In this document: one piece after another, positions 1 through 10,160 of the stretch | Position numbering within the stretch: the first letter of the stretch is position 1 | Layout: every line of letters starts with the position of its first letter | NCBI GenBank assembly: GCA_965229505.1 | Contig: OZ245881.1 | Coordinates: 4,050,675-4,114,674 of the forward strand | Reading direction: 5' to 3' | DNA from: Cyclobacteriaceae bacterium | GTDB lineage: Bacteria; Bacteroidota; Bacteroidia; Cytophagales; Cyclobacteriaceae | DNA: 64,000 bases | Notes under the pieces: model-generated | Told to the model about the DNA's origin: nothing | Databases searched by the model: none | What the model saw: the letters and a program-made list of their open reading frames with translations, nothing else | Position numbers and translations under genes: made by a program

Positions 1-651
1 ACTGTCGTAGCGAAACTCGACTCTGAGGAGATCATTGCAGAGTCTAATGAAAATGATAATTCTCAAACTGTGACGCTGACCGTCCAGGAGATTGGCTCAC
101 CCGATCCACTTGTGGTGGATTTTGCAGTAGCATCGTCCGAGGTGGGAGTTGGTGAGTCCATAAGCTTTGACCCGGCGGTATCTGGAGGTGTGCCTCCGTA
201 TACCTATTCATGGATATTTGAGGGTGGTGATCCCGGAGCTTCCACTGAAGAACAGCCAACGGTAGCTTATGCGGATGCTGGCGAATATGATGTAGTGCTG
301 GAAGTGACAGACGCAGAGGGCACGATTGCAGCAGAATCTAAAGCCTCATTCATATCAGTTGAAGAAATGGTCGAAACGGGTATTGTGGATGAAGGCACGA
401 GTCAGCTGATCTCAATCTACCCTAACCCTGTGGTTAACAACAGCTTCAAAATAGAACTTCAGGAAGGGTTACGCTTTGAAAGCCTGAATAGTCTAAGACT
501 GATATCCCTGAGTGGACAATCTATGAACATTATCCCTCGGCAGGAAGCTGGACATCTCTTCATTTCAACTCGTTCAATAGTACCTGGAGCATATGTGCTG
601 CTGTATGAACTGGAAGGGAAATTTGGTAGCACAAGAATATTGATAAGATAA
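1..651 (+). CDS. 3' part of a secreted PKD-domain protein with a type IX secretion C-terminal sorting domain. The 5' end lies upstream of the window.
   Basis: Frame 1 has no stop from nt 1. PKD-like segment PYTYSWIFEGGDPGAS...GEYDVVLEVTDAEG. The C-terminus ISIYPNPVVNNSFKIEL...GAYVLLYELEGKFGSTRILI resembles the Por/T9SS CTD. A strong hairpin terminator follows. Confidence 0.8.
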   Translation, partial: TVVAKLDSEEIIAESNENDNSQTVTLTVQEIGSPDPLVVDFAVASSEVGVGESISFDPAVSGGVPPYTYSWIFEGGDPGASTEEQPTVAYADAGEYDVVLEVTDAEGTIAAESKASFISVEEMVETGIVDEGTSQLISIYPNPVVNNSFKIELQEGLRFESLNSLRLISLSGQSMNIIPRQEAGHLFISTRSIVPGAYVLLYELEGKFGSTRILIR

Positions 652-673
652 TCGATACTCACGAAAAACAGTC

Positions 674-705
674 AAAGCTCATCTCAATGGAGATGAGCTT
701 TTTTA
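674..705 (+). terminator. Intrinsic terminator after the PKD/T9SS gene
   Basis: Perfect 12-bp stem AAAGCTCATCTC (674-685) / GAGATGAGCTTT (690-701), 4-nt loop AATG, then a T-run. Confidence 0.7.
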
Positions 706-787
706 ATGATCAGATTTGACCGAAGAAATAATTTAACTTCTGATAAAGCTCAATTCCGGTTAGGTTCATACTATAAACCAAGAAATT

Positions 788-1939
788 ATGAACAGACGAC
801 AAGCCATCTCCAAATCAGCCAAAGCCGCAGCACTACCCTTCTTTTTGCCTATGATCAATACAGGCTCATTCGAGCTGTTTGCAGGACAGGATAGACCCTA
901 CAAGAAACGGACGCTGGAAGTGATGGAGAGCAATACCATCATGGACATGCTCAGCCCACTTACCTTGAATGCTACGCAACTTTTCAACCTGATTATGAGG
1001 CCGGGCCAGTTTGAGGTGGGTGACCTTGGCAAATACAAAGAGGCAGGTATAGATGTCTATCATTTTGCGGTAGGCTTTGGTGGGCCTAATGCTTATCAGG
1101 ATCTGCTCAAGTACTTCGGTAGCCTCAACGGCTTCATTGCCAATAATGGTGAGCAGCTTATGCGCATCGATAGCATTTCTGATATCGACCGTGTCAAGTC
1201 CAGCGGCAAAACGGGTATTCTTCTGGGGGTTCAAAATGCCGAGCACTTTACTAAAGTGGAGGATGTAGACGACTTCTATGGGCTCGGTCAGCGCATCTCC
1301 CAACTTACTTATAACACCAGAAATAGAATAGGCAATGGTTGCACGGAGCGGGTTGATGGTGGTATCAGCGATTTTGGCTTTGATGTAATCAAACGGATGA
1401 ATGAAGTGGGTATGGCAGTGGATGTTAGTCACTGTGGCGACCGCACCACCATGGACGCTTTTGAGGCGAGTAGCAAGCCGGTGCTCGTCACGCACTCCAA
1501 TGCCCGGGCGCTCAACGATCACGTTCGCTGCAAGACAGATGAGGCGCTCAAGGCTATGGCTAAATCCGGAGGAGCTATCGGGATCACAGGTATGCGGAAT
1601 TTTGTGAAGGCCACCGATCCGACCACCATCGAAGATGTGCTCAATCACTTCGACTATGTAGCCAGGCTCATTGGCGTGGAGCACGTCGGCGTAGGTAGTG
1701 ACATAGACTTGTACGGGTATGATGCTTTACCTGCAGAAGAGCTGGCCAAGCTGCGTAGCAATCGCGATAATGAGAAATACAAGAGCCGCGAACGTTCAGA
1801 TATTGACCTGCTTAATCACCCCAAACGTATGTTTGATTTGACCGAGGGTTTGATCGGGCGTGGTTACTCTGACCAGGACCTTGCGGGTATACTTGGCGGC
1901 CATTTTAAGAGGGCCCTATCGGAAATCTGGAAGGCATGA
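788..1939 (+). CDS. Membrane dipeptidase (peptidase M19 family) with a Tat-like signal
   Basis: N-terminus MNRRQAISKSAKAAALPFFLP. M19-like motifs VDVSHCGDRTTMDAF, VLVTHSNARAL, HFDYVARLIGVEHVGVGSDID. Confidence 0.85.
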   Translation: MNRRQAISKSAKAAALPFFLPMINTGSFELFAGQDRPYKKRTLEVMESNTIMDMLSPLTLNATQLFNLIMRPGQFEVGDLGKYKEAGIDVYHFAVGFGGPNAYQDLLKYFGSLNGFIANNGEQLMRIDSISDIDRVKSSGKTGILLGVQNAEHFTKVEDVDDFYGLGQRISQLTYNTRNRIGNGCTERVDGGISDFGFDVIKRMNEVGMAVDVSHCGDRTTMDAFEASSKPVLVTHSNARALNDHVRCKTDEALKAMAKSGGAIGITGMRNFVKATDPTTIEDVLNHFDYVARLIGVEHVGVGSDIDLYGYDALPAEELAKLRSNRDNEKYKSRERSDIDLLNHPKRMFDLTEGLIGRGYSDQDLAGILGGHFKRALSEIWKA

Positions 1940-2088
1940 TCTCTAAAAATTTCAAACGTTTGCATAGATTTTAAGTGAATTATTAAAAATTCAACAATAA
2001 TACCTTGATTATGATAAATATCATGTAAATCTATCTTTTGGGTATTGAATTGGTGGAATATGAGCCCTACATTTGCCATATGTAGCAT

Positions 2089-2289
2089 TTGATTTTTTCA
2101 CCTATGTTGTTCCTCCACGACTCTCAGCAAATACAATTTTTTAAGTTCTATAAGCAACTCAAGCAAGAGGCGCCAAACAGAAAAAAAATCAAAGAACACA
2201 GAGAGGAATACTACAGAAAAGGGCAGGAGTATGGCTTCTGCAACGACGAGATTCACGAGATCATCAACGAATACCTAAGCGAGCACTAA
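2089..2289 (+). CDS. Small hypothetical protein. The more likely start is the ATG at 2104, giving 61 aa.
   Basis: ORF followed 28 nt later by a clean intrinsic terminator. No recognisable domain. Confidence 0.3.
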   Translation: MIFSPMLFLHDSQQIQFFKFYKQLKQEAPNRKKIKEHREEYYRKGQEYGFCNDEIHEIINEYLSEH

Positions 2290-2316
2290 ACTAAACTTCT
2301 ATTGATAGCGATTAAG

Positions 2317-2343
2317 TCCCGAAGTATCTTCGGGATTTCTTTT
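2317..2343 (+). terminator. Intrinsic terminator
   Basis: TCCCGAAG (2317-2324), loop TAT, CTTCGGGA (2328-2335), then TTTCTTTT. Confidence 0.7.
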
Positions 2344-2346
2344 GCC

Positions 2347-2402
2347 TATTAGTTAGACAAAAATGAAACTAATTAATTACATTCACGTTTGTCTAACTAA
2401 TA
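2347..2402. promoter_or_regulatory. 15-bp perfect inverted repeat upstream of PadR gene 1 (candidate operator)
   Basis: TATTAGTTAGACAAA (2347-2361) and TTTGTCTAACTAATA (2388-2402) with a 26-nt spacer. The -7-like box CACGTTTG (2384-2391) straddles the inner edge of the right arm. The PadR ATG is at 2458. Confidence 0.5.
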
Positions 2403-2457
2403 AAATATTAGGTAAATACGATTGGCCGTGGGCTTTTCGCTTTACCAGTTGTCAATC

Positions 2458-2793
2458 ATGAAAGGATCTTATCTGGGTGAATTTGAAGAGCTCGTACTAC
2501 TCACCGTGGGCTCGTTGTACAAAGAGGCTTACGGAGTTGCCATCATGGATGAAATAGAATCTCAAACCGAGAGAAGCGTCAATGTCAGCGCTGTGCACGC
2601 TGCTTTGAAGCGACTTGAAGCCAAGGGTTTTGTCAATTCTCATATGGGAGGCGCTACCAACGAAAGAGGAGGTCGCCGCAAGCGCTATTTCGAACTGACC
2701 CTTTCTGGTAAGAAGGTACTCGATGAATCTATGGCCTTGCGGACACAGCTCTATAGCAGGATACCCAATATATCATACAGTTTTAGTTATTGA
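2458..2793 (+). CDS. PadR family transcriptional regulator
   Basis: MKGSYLGEFEELVLLTVGSL..AYGVAIMDEIE...VSAVHAALKRLEAKGFV...GGRRKRYFELT is a typical PadR winged helix. The stop overlaps the next start (TGATG). Confidence 0.85.
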   Translation: MKGSYLGEFEELVLLTVGSLYKEAYGVAIMDEIESQTERSVNVSAVHAALKRLEAKGFVNSHMGGATNERGGRRKRYFELTLSGKKVLDESMALRTQLYSRIPNISYSFSY

Positions 2794-5387
2794 TGCAACA
2801 ACAACCACCCCGATGGGCTGATCGGTTTCTACGCTGGTACTGCAATCCGGAATTGCTGGAAGAAATCCAGGGTGATATCTACGAGCTGTACGATCGGGAG
2901 GTGGCACAACATAATGTGAGGAGGGCGAACCTCAGGTTCATATGGAATGTGTTCCGCTTTTTTCGCTGGTCAAATATCAAGAAGTCAAACTCAGAATATC
3001 AATCAAATCAATTAGGCATGTTCAAAAACTACTTTGTCATCGGAATCAGGAATATCAGGAAGCAATGGAGTACTTCCTTGATCAACATCCTTGGGTTATC
3101 AATAGCCATTGGCCTGGCATTAACCACCTTTATTTTTATTGATCAACAGCTTAACATGGATTCCTTTCATACGAAACGGAATAGTATTTATCAGATCATC
3201 AATACCGTCCAGGAAGGCGACAGTGACCTGGCCCGCTGGGGAGACTCACCTATTGTGCTGGGACCTCAGGCTAAGCTCGACCATTCGGTAATTAAAGACT
3301 TCACACGGATCGAATTCCGCTACGGCAACTTGAGGCGGGGAGACTATGTCTTCAACGAGTTTATGGCCTTTGTCGACCCTTCCTATATGAAGATGTTCGA
3401 CTTTCCCATAAAATATGGCAATCGCTCTGCACTTGAGGAAAAGAAAAATATTGTCATCGGCGAAGAAACCGCGATCAAATACTTTGGAGAAGAGAATCCG
3501 ATGGGCCAGCCCATGTCTATCAAGTTTGCCAATGGCGTCATCCAGCAATATGTGGTAGGAGCTGTCATGGACAAGCGTCCTGATAATGCAAGTTTCGGAT
3601 ACGAAATCATGCTGCCAATGGACAATTTCTTCGATCTTCGATTCAACGATAATTATGATTGGGCATACTTCACAGATGCTACATTCATAGAGCTACAGGA
3701 GGGAACTGATCCTAAAGCGCTAGAAGAACTGCTGGCTAGCTATAAGGAGCTTCAGAATCAGTCTGACTCCAGATGGACTATCACAGATTTTGAATTGATT
3801 TCCTTAGACGGACTGGGTACTGAGGCCTTTGATATTCAAGAGTCAGTCGCTAGTGCTGGACACCCGGCTGGTAGAATTGCGCTTGGAGGACTATCAGTTA
3901 TTCTATTGCTATTAGCGTGTTTCAACTATATGAATATTGCGGTAGCCTCAGCGACCAAGCGACTAAAGGAGATTGCTCTGCGCAAGGTTATGGGTAGTGA
4001 CAGAAGACAGATCATCTATCAATTCATGCTAGAGAACTTTATCCAGGTGATCCTCGCAATGCTAATAGGTGTACTGCTGAGCTATTATTTCTTATTACCC
4101 GGTTTCAGCTATCTGGTACCGATCAACGTACCTTTTGTATTTTCATCATGGGGAGCAATGGTTGGATTCTTTGCTTCATTGTTGTTTGTAATAGGCGTGT
4201 TGTCAGGAGGTTACCCTGCGTTGTATATCTCGAGATTTCAACCCGTCTCGATATTTCGCGGTAAGGAGAAGTTCGGCTCCAAGAGCATCTTCAGTCGAGT
4301 ATTACTCGGATTTCAATTCTTCTTTGCATTTTCTACGATAGTAGGTAGTTTCATTTTTGTAGACAATGCCAAATTCATGGCGGAGCGCGATTGGGGATAC
4401 GATCCGCAGGGTGTTTTATCCATACCCGTAGCGAATAATCAGGAATATCAAAAGCTTAGAAAGGCCGCTGCGGAAAAGCCGGAAGTTTTGTCAATCACTG
4501 GCGCACAAACTCATATTGCGCGGAACTCTACTTACACGACAGTGAGTAACCTGGATGCCGACTTTAAGGCGTATGTCTATCGGGTAGGACCTGAATATGG
4601 CGATCTGATGGGACTGAAGTTGAAGTCCGGTCGATTCTTTGAGAATGACAAGGCGAGTGATATGTTGAATGGCACTTATGTCAATGAGAGATTTGTAAAG
4701 GAGTTAGGATGGGACGACCCTATCGGGAAAACCTTCACCTACGATAGTAGCCGCTACAATGTCCTCGGAGTAGTTGAAGACTTTCACTACTATACCTTTT
4801 GGGTGGATATCGAGCCCGTATTCTTTCTCATGGTTCCGGAAGATGATTACAATTATCTGGTGGTGAAAAGTGACCCTGAAAAACTAGTTGCGGTTGATAA
4901 TTATCTACTAAGCGTTTGGCCATCCATTTCTCCTAACGATCCTTATGACAAGGCCTATCAGGAGGATGCCATGAACGGCTTTCATGAGGAAAATCGCGCC
5001 AACATTGTTATCATCAGCTTTATCGCAGGCCTGGCGATAGTACTGGCATGTCTCGGACTCTTTGGACTATTGAGCTTCAATATTAGTAGGAGACTGAAGG
5101 AGTTCAGCGTCAGAAAAGTGTTGGGTGCTCAGTCAGCAGAAATCATTAGAGTTGCCGGCAAGGAATATGTATGGGTGCTCACTACAGCTTTCTTGCTCGG
5201 TGCACCAGCTGGTTTTTTCATGATTACACAGCTGATCAATATGATCTATCCCGATCCAAAGCAAGCCGGAGCATTGCCTTTCATTATTGCGGTTTTGATA
5301 GTATTAGTGACTGTCGTTATTACGATTAGTGGTCAGATTATTCGCGCAACACGCGTGAACCCAAGTGAAAACTTGAGGGCAGAGTAG
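2793..5387 (+). CDS. MacB/FtsX-like ABC transporter permease with an N-terminal cytoplasmic prefix domain. No ATPase gene is adjacent.
   Basis: About 864 aa. Prefix PPRWADRFLRWYCNPELLEEIQGDIYELY. Two FtsX-type TM bundles, each preceded by a large extracytoplasmic domain. C-terminal ATRVNPSENLRAE. Paralogue at 44081-46729. Confidence 0.85.
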   Translation: MQQQPPRWADRFLRWYCNPELLEEIQGDIYELYDREVAQHNVRRANLRFIWNVFRFFRWSNIKKSNSEYQSNQLGMFKNYFVIGIRNIRKQWSTSLINILGLSIAIGLALTTFIFIDQQLNMDSFHTKRNSIYQIINTVQEGDSDLARWGDSPIVLGPQAKLDHSVIKDFTRIEFRYGNLRRGDYVFNEFMAFVDPSYMKMFDFPIKYGNRSALEEKKNIVIGEETAIKYFGEENPMGQPMSIKFANGVIQQYVVGAVMDKRPDNASFGYEIMLPMDNFFDLRFNDNYDWAYFTDATFIELQEGTDPKALEELLASYKELQNQSDSRWTITDFELISLDGLGTEAFDIQESVASAGHPAGRIALGGLSVILLLLACFNYMNIAVASATKRLKEIALRKVMGSDRRQIIYQFMLENFIQVILAMLIGVLLSYYFLLPGFSYLVPINVPFVFSSWGAMVGFFASLLFVIGVLSGGYPALYISRFQPVSIFRGKEKFGSKSIFSRVLLGFQFFFAFSTIVGSFIFVDNAKFMAERDWGYDPQGVLSIPVANNQEYQKLRKAAAEKPEVLSITGAQTHIARNSTYTTVSNLDADFKAYVYRVGPEYGDLMGLKLKSGRFFENDKASDMLNGTYVNERFVKELGWDDPIGKTFTYDSSRYNVLGVVEDFHYYTFWVDIEPVFFLMVPEDDYNYLVVKSDPEKLVAVDNYLLSVWPSISPNDPYDKAYQEDAMNGFHEENRANIVIISFIAGLAIVLACLGLFGLLSFNISRRLKEFSVRKVLGAQSAEIIRVAGKEYVWVLTTAFLLGAPAGFFMITQLINMIYPDPKQAGALPFIIAVLIVLVTVVITISGQIIRATRVNPSENLRAE

Positions 5388-5416
5388 TTAATAGTGGGGG
5401 TAGTCATGGACTTTGG

Positions 5417-6643
5417 CTACCTCTGCTTGCTCAGTACCTTCACTACCTCGATCACCTTATCCACTTCATCTTCAGTATTATAGACGGAAATACCCAATCG
5501 CGTGACGCCACCTCTTTCCGCTAGGCCGAGACACTCTACGGCTCTCAGCGCGTAGAAATGTCCATCCCAGGCACAAATATTATGATTGGCTAGGTGCTCG
5601 CATACCTGAGTAGGATCATAGCCATCTAGCGTGAAGGATAGCGTAGGTGTCCTGGTCGTATCCGAAAAGTCTTGTCCGATGATTGTTAAGCCCTTGACAC
5701 TTTTCAAGCCGTTAAATAGCCTGCTCGCCAATGTAAACTCATGGGCGCTAACTTTCTGGTAAGCATCGGTAAGCTTAGCTCTTAAGTCATCGCCTTCCCC
5801 CAGGCTAGCCAGAAAATCTATAGCACCGATCACACCTGCCATCGCCGCATGGTTGAGCGTACCCGTCTCAATGGAGTAGGGGGCAAACTGATCTGCCGTA
5901 CGCAACCTGTCCGTAGGTAGCCGATCCAGTAATCCAGGTTTGCCGTACAGTACCCCAATATGAGGCCCGTAGAATTTATAGGCCGAGCATAGCAAAAAGT
6001 CACATCCAATAGCCTGCACATCAATTGAGAAGTGAGGAGCATAATGCACCGCATCAAGCAGCAACATAGCGCCCACTTGATGGCTCAGTGTTCTCACAAG
6101 TGTATAGTCATTGACTGTACCCAATGCATTAGACGACATACCCATGGCTACTAGTCTGGTGTTCTCATTCAACTTTTCTTTTAAGTCATCATAGTCAAGC
6201 ACTCCTCCTGGTAATAGTTTCACCTCACGCACGGTTATGCCATGATCCCTGAGTGTAAGCCACGGTCCGCGATTAGCCTCATGATCGAGCTGGGTAATAA
6301 GCACTTCATCACCAGGCTGAAATATCCGTGAAAAAGCACGAGCCAGTGCATAATTCAGAGTAGTCATGTTTTGACCAATCGAGATACAAGACTTGCTTTC
6401 GGCGTTGAGCATAGTAGCGAGGTGCGACCGCATCATATCCAGCTTTTGGTCAGTCTCTTTGGTGGTGGTGAATGCACCGTGCGCATTGGCATTGGACCGC
6501 TTGTAGTAGTTGCTGATGCCACGTATCACCCTATCGGGAACCTGTGTGCCTCCAGGGCCATCCATGAAAATCAACGGTTCGCCTTTGACTTTCCTTTTAA
6601 GTGCCGGAAACTGCTTTCGGATTTCTTCAATGTTGCTGAGCAT
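5417..6643 (-). CDS. Class V aminotransferase-fold PLP enzyme (cysteine desulfurase-like)
   Basis: 408 aa. Putative PLP-lysine context LLCSAYKFYGPH. LDAVHYAPH and the overall SufS/CsdA-like pattern. Confidence 0.8.
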   Translation of the reverse strand: MLSNIEEIRKQFPALKRKVKGEPLIFMDGPGGTQVPDRVIRGISNYYKRSNANAHGAFTTTKETDQKLDMMRSHLATMLNAESKSCISIGQNMTTLNYALARAFSRIFQPGDEVLITQLDHEANRGPWLTLRDHGITVREVKLLPGGVLDYDDLKEKLNENTRLVAMGMSSNALGTVNDYTLVRTLSHQVGAMLLLDAVHYAPHFSIDVQAIGCDFLLCSAYKFYGPHIGVLYGKPGLLDRLPTDRLRTADQFAPYSIETGTLNHAAMAGVIGAIDFLASLGEGDDLRAKLTDAYQKVSAHEFTLASRLFNGLKSVKGLTIIGQDFSDTTRTPTLSFTLDGYDPTQVCEHLANHNICAWDGHFYALRAVECLGLAERGGVTRLGISVYNTEDEVDKVIEVVKVLSKQR

Positions 6644-6958
6644 AGTTGTAATATTCTTTACTACAAGTTAGACGAATCATTTGTATCATTCCAACATGAA
6701 AAATTTATGTTGCTTTAAATTAACACCTGTCTTGACTACCAAGGCTTCTCAATAAAGTCGCTAACAATCCCTCTCATAGAGAGGCTTAGGGAGAGGTAAT
6801 TAAAAAAATAGACTTGATTGAGTTGCCTTGGTGGATATGTAAAATCAATTGACCCTTAATCTTGATCAGTCATTCAGTAAGAATGAACGAAAACATTGTT
6901 GTATAATCAATAAATCTTTATCTTGTAGTCATTATGACTATAAGATAACTCCTCCATT

Positions 6959-8449
6959 ATGCCCTATTTTCTTGGAATCGATTTGGGTAGCTCCTCTGTC
7001 AAGCTTTCGATACTGGACGGCAGTCTTGGGCGATCCGTTGCTCAGGTAACGTACCCGAATGAAGAGATGGTCATTTCAGCTGCTCAGCCTGGTTGGGCAG
7101 AGCAGGATCCCAATCTTTGGTGGGAGTGCATTGTACAGGGATGCAGGCAGCTGACACAAAAGGTTGACATGGCCAAGGTTGAAGCTATCGGTATTTCGTA
7201 TCAAATGCATGGACTGGTCGTGGTAGATGTTGAAGGAAAGCCGCTGCGTCAGGCGATCATTTGGTGTGACTCCAGGGCGGTGGAGATAGGCCAGAAAGCT
7301 TATCTGAAGCTAAACAAAGACTATCTTCATAATCAACTGCTCAATTCACCAGGAAATTTCACAGCTTCGAAGCTGGCATGGGTTAAGGCAAATGAGCCTG
7401 ACATCTTTGAAAAGGTAGATAAGCTGATGTTACCAGGCGACTTCATTGCCTATAAACTGACCGGCCAAATCCAAACCACCTCGGGAGGTCTAAGTGAAGG
7501 TACGCTCTGGGATTTCAAGGAAAACCGAATTTCAAAAGAACTCCTTCAATACTTTGGCCTGGAGGAGCGTATGATTCCTGAAGTTGTTCCTGCAATTGGT
7601 GTGCAATCCAGCGTTTCGAATGAGGCCGCTCAATTGCTTGGCCTTAGGGCTGGCACATCGATCTGCTACAGAGCAGGTGACCAGCCCAACAATGCCTTTT
7701 CATTGAATGTGCTCAACCCTGGAGAGATAGCTGCCACAGCGGGTACGTCTGCCGTGATCTACGCTGTGACGGACAAGCTCGCAGGCGATCATCAGCAACG
7801 GATCAATACATTTCAGCATGTAACCAATACCTCCGAGGCTATCCGCAATGGTCTTCTGCTGTGCATTAACGGTTCGGGTATTAGCTATAGTTGGATCAAG
7901 AAACTGCTCGGCGATCTCGACTATCCTGAGCTCAATGATATGGCTCACTTGGCACCTACAGGGGCGGATGGCCTGTTGTTTTACCCATTCGGGAATGGTG
8001 CAGAGCGACTCTTACAAAATCAAACTCTGGGAGCTCAGTTCGTAGGGCTCGACTTCAATAGACATGGCAAGGCGCACATGATCAGAGCACTGCAGGAAGG
8101 AGTGGTCTTTAGCATGAAGTACGGCCTGGAAGTTATTGAGCAGTTGGGTGGAGAGATAAAGACTATTCGTGCTGGCAAGGCCAACCTCTTTCTCAGTGAA
8201 GTATTTCGACAAGCATTTGTCAATACAACACAAATTCCTCTCGAACTCTATGATACTGATGGAGCGGAGGGAGCCGCTCGCGGTGCAGCATTAGGTGCAG
8301 GATTCTACAAAGATGCGGATGAGGCATTCGCAAGTCTAACTTTAATTGAGCGTATGGAACCCGATTCTGGTAAGGTAAAGGAGTATGAACCGTGCTATCA
8401 CAACTGGGTAAGCTATCTGGAGAAAACGATACTTAGTAATAAAATCTAA
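6959..8449 (+). CDS. xylB: Xylulokinase (FGGY carbohydrate kinase)
   Basis: N-terminus [18 protein letters not shown]; QMHGLVVVD; FGNGAERL. Lies immediately upstream of xylA. Confidence 0.85.
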   Translation: MPYFLGIDLGSSSVKLSILDGSLGRSVAQVTYPNEEMVISAAQPGWAEQDPNLWWECIVQGCRQLTQKVDMAKVEAIGISYQMHGLVVVDVEGKPLRQAIIWCDSRAVEIGQKAYLKLNKDYLHNQLLNSPGNFTASKLAWVKANEPDIFEKVDKLMLPGDFIAYKLTGQIQTTSGGLSEGTLWDFKENRISKELLQYFGLEERMIPEVVPAIGVQSSVSNEAAQLLGLRAGTSICYRAGDQPNNAFSLNVLNPGEIAATAGTSAVIYAVTDKLAGDHQQRINTFQHVTNTSEAIRNGLLLCINGSGISYSWIKKLLGDLDYPELNDMAHLAPTGADGLLFYPFGNGAERLLQNQTLGAQFVGLDFNRHGKAHMIRALQEGVVFSMKYGLEVIEQLGGEIKTIRAGKANLFLSEVFRQAFVNTTQIPLELYDTDGAEGAARGAALGAGFYKDADEAFASLTLIERMEPDSGKVKEYEPCYHNWVSYLEKTILSNKI

Positions 8450-8459
8450 AACCAAAACT

Positions 8460-9788
8460 ATGAAACCGATCATCGGAAATACAGAATACTTTAAAGGCAT
8501 AGGAAGTATAGTATATGAAGGCAAGGAATCAGACAACCCCTTCGCGTACAAGTACTACGATCCCACAAAACAGGTCTTGGGCAAGAGCATGCACGAGCAT
8601 TTCAAATTTGCGGTAGCGTACTGGCATACCTTCTGCAATACGGGTGGAGATCCATTCGGGCCCGGACCGATGGTGTTCCCATGGTCTGTTGCCTCTGATC
8701 CGGTGCAAGCAGCCTATGACAAGATGGATGCGGCTTTTGAGTTTATCTCCAAGCTTGGCTTGGGATACTTCTGCTTTCATGATTATGACTTGGTAGATGA
8801 AGCTGATTCACTAAAGAAGTCTGAGGATCGACTTCAAAAAATAGTCGAATATGGACAGCAGAAGAAAAAGGGATCTGATATCAAAGTGCTTTGGGGTACC
8901 GCGAACCTATTCTCTCATCCAAGATATATGAACGGAGCTGCGACCAATCCTGATTACCGGGTGGTGGCGCATGCCGGGGCGCAAGTAAAGAATGCTATAG
9001 ATGCAACGATAGCGTTGGGAGGTGAGAATTATGTTTTCTGGGGCGGCAGAGAGGGCTACATGTCGCTGATCAATACAGATATGAAACGCGAGCTAGATCA
9101 CATGGCACGATTTCTACACATGGCCAGGGACTATGCGCGATCCCAGGGCTTCCAAGGCACTTTCTTTATCGAGCCTAAGCCTATGGAGCCATCCAAGCAT
9201 CAGTACGATTTTGACTCAGCTACCGTAATAGGCTTCCTGCAAAAGTATGGGCTTGACGAAGACTTCAAATTGAACATAGAAGTGAACCATGCCACGCTGG
9301 CCAGCCATACCTTCCAGCATGAGCTGCAAGTTGCAGTCAATGACGGGATGCTGGGCAGTATTGATGCTAATCGGGGAGATTACCAGAATGGCTGGGATAC
9401 GGATCAGTTCCCCAATAATATCTACGAGATCGTCGAAGCACTCCTCGTCATCATCAGAGGAGGTGGCTTGCAAGGAGGAGGCGTCAACTTTGATGCGAAG
9501 ACCCGCCGCAATAGCACGGATCTGGCTGACATTTTTCATGCTCATATTGGGGCGATAGACCTTTTCGCAAGAGGATTGCTTATTGCTGAAGCCATTATTC
9601 AGGACGGCCAATACGATGGATTGATGCAATCGCGATATGCGAGCTTCGACAATGGAGAGGGAAACAACTTCGAGAATGCTAAGCTGACATTATCCGATCT
9701 TCATAGCCGTGCACATGAGCAGGGAGATATTCCGCAGCTATCTGGACAGCAAGAGCTATTTGAGAACCTGGTTAATAAGTTTATCTAA
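8460..9788 (+). CDS. xylA: Xylose isomerase
   Basis: 442 aa with hallmark motifs [49 protein letters not shown]. Confidence 0.95.
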   Translation: MKPIIGNTEYFKGIGSIVYEGKESDNPFAYKYYDPTKQVLGKSMHEHFKFAVAYWHTFCNTGGDPFGPGPMVFPWSVASDPVQAAYDKMDAAFEFISKLGLGYFCFHDYDLVDEADSLKKSEDRLQKIVEYGQQKKKGSDIKVLWGTANLFSHPRYMNGAATNPDYRVVAHAGAQVKNAIDATIALGGENYVFWGGREGYMSLINTDMKRELDHMARFLHMARDYARSQGFQGTFFIEPKPMEPSKHQYDFDSATVIGFLQKYGLDEDFKLNIEVNHATLASHTFQHELQVAVNDGMLGSIDANRGDYQNGWDTDQFPNNIYEIVEALLVIIRGGGLQGGGVNFDAKTRRNSTDLADIFHAHIGAIDLFARGLLIAEAIIQDGQYDGLMQSRYASFDNGEGNNFENAKLTLSDLHSRAHEQGDIPQLSGQQELFENLVNKFI

Positions 9789-10116
9789 AGGATTGTTTTT
9801 TACAAATGACCAATATTAAAACCAGATATAGTGTGGATAATTAGGTGAATAACCTGTTGATCGTTTGTGTAAAAGTAGGATAGCCAAAATATTGTATTTG
9901 TAAAGTTCTGATATACTTTAGTAACACCAAGAGAGAGATAAAGAGCTGAAGCGAAAGTTTCGGATCGAGGAGGGGAAGCAGCATCAAATTACGGTTTGTT
10001 ACTGCGAAGCTTCGAAATCTTGAAGGCGGAAAGGCTGGCAACAGTTGGGAAGTCTACAGGCTTTGAACAGTATCTTGGCAGTGGGCTGGAAGCTACGGCA
10101 GCCAGCGGACTGGAGA

Positions 10117-10160
10117 GGGTAAGTTGATTCGCAAGAGGAAGCTTACCCTTTTTGTTTTTG
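10117..10160 (+). terminator. Plus-strand intrinsic terminator embedded in the 3' end of the convergent gene
   Basis: GGGTAAG (10117-10123) / CTTACCC (10142-10148), then TTTTTGTTTTTG. It sits about 330 nt after the xylA stop, and no hairpin lies directly after xylA. Confidence 0.55.

Noticed and set aside
866-1684. Long antisense or alternative-frame ORFs in the track (for example 866-1684 -, 3246-3646 -, 9216-9629 -, 12377-12752 -, 23203-23589 -, 33532-33960 +, 35939-36259 +, 51826-52161 -, 63649-63999 -).
   Set aside because: Each lies entirely inside a longer ORF that has clear family motifs on the other strand or frame. Their translations are low-complexity or biased and have no motifs. 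They are shadow ORFs.
9841-10041. 66-aa minus-strand ORF in the xylA downstream spacer.
   Set aside because: The composition is implausible (Leu/Phe/Pro-rich, no start context). It lies in a convergent spacer with no promoter, and the region is better explained as RNA or UTR.
10040-10116. Superficial resemblance of CTTTGAACAGTATCTTGGCAGTGGGCTGG to the TPP-riboswitch core (GAACCTGATCTGGATAATGCCAGCG), and of GCAGCCAGCGGAC to a cobalamin B12-box.
   Set aside because: The CTGAGA/ACCC elements and the conserved pairings are missing. No downstream gene lies on the plus strand for a riboswitch to control. The similarity is too weak to call.
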